A DNA stretch of 63,680 nucleotides, the filler included, from Octopus bimaculoides (lineage: Eukaryota), in the NCBI RefSeq assembly GCF_001194135.2. It is 3 parts of 3 records of this genome, joined end to end, with 100 filler letters (N's around TTAATTAATTAA, not from the genome) between each part and the next. Parts side by side here need not be neighbours in the genome. Positions count along the whole stretch, not along the records: positions 62,292 to 63,680 come from NW_026438306.1; 2 more parts are not named here. One strand, given 5' to 3'. Below the pieces are notes generated by a model. The model saw only the letters and a list, made by a program, of their open reading frames with translations, ran no database searches and was not told the origin of the DNA. The position numbers and the translations under genes are program-made. Shown in pieces: positions 63,127 through 63,680 of this stretch (within the stretch, counting starts at the first letter, position 1; each line of letters begins with the position of its first letter).

Positions 63127-63649
63127 TTCAAAAGAATCCAGTTATAGACGAGCTCATCAAAATAAGTTAACGAGTGCTTTTAAATAGAGTATTACTAAAA
63201 CAATCTAAAAATGCATTCTATATGTGGAGAGGATGCTGAACATGAAATCTCTTGATATTGCGGATTAATAAACTAGTCTTTAGAAATAGATTTCTTCACT
63301 GTAGCATTATCAGTAAAACATTTAGTGAAGACTACACAACAATCAACAGATCAATTGCATTTTATATCAATTGTTCATCTAAATTGATGACAGTTACAGA
63401 CTGAGTGGCCTCGCTATCAATTAAGTCGATTGGATTACTAACTGCCGGCACGGACTAAAATTATTTTCGAATTTTAACAATAGCATTTCTCTGTTTAAAC
63501 TGTCGGAAGAAAGAAACACTTTACTATTTTGTACTCAGTCCAATTAGCTGTAAGTAGGTAGTCTACATATTTTATATAAATGTCTGTGGTGCTTGCGTAT
63601 ACTTATATACATACAAACATATATACCATTCATGCATACATACATATAC

Positions 63650-63680
<31 letters not shown>

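Overview
AT-rich, repeat-saturated eukaryotic draft-assembly sequence with many N gaps, two artificial scaffold linkers, and abundant (TA)n/(CA)n/(CATA)n/(AAT)n/(GA)n microsatellites. The tRNA-derived SINE families and microsatellite load resemble an octopod cephalopod (Octopus-like) genome; this is inference from recalled repeat sequences, not a database search. No complete host protein-coding gene can be supported, and nearly all supplied six-frame ORFs are microsatellite, N-run or decayed-transposon translations. Recognisable content includes four or more SINE families, which I label A, B, C, E and G. It also includes decayed non-LTR retrotransposons (R4/Dong-like, RTE/Rex3-like, CR1-like, Penelope-like), Tc1, mariner and maT (DD37D) fragments, Tigger-, hAT- and piggyBac-like MITEs, a complete non-autonomous Helitron and a long foldback element. 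Main leads: (1) several unrelated minimal type-I hammerhead-ribozyme motifs, all decayed, in Penelope-like terminal repeats, one coupled to a tRNA-like Pol III head inside a large hairpin; (2) a CR1-like LINE whose 3' end matches the 3' end of the dominant SINE; (3) a 16-bp target site present three times around two different SINEs; (4) a CpG-depleted domain at about 42.3-57 kb that suggests a hidden methylated gene body. Coordinates of decayed fragments are approximate (about +/-20 nt) unless termini are quoted.
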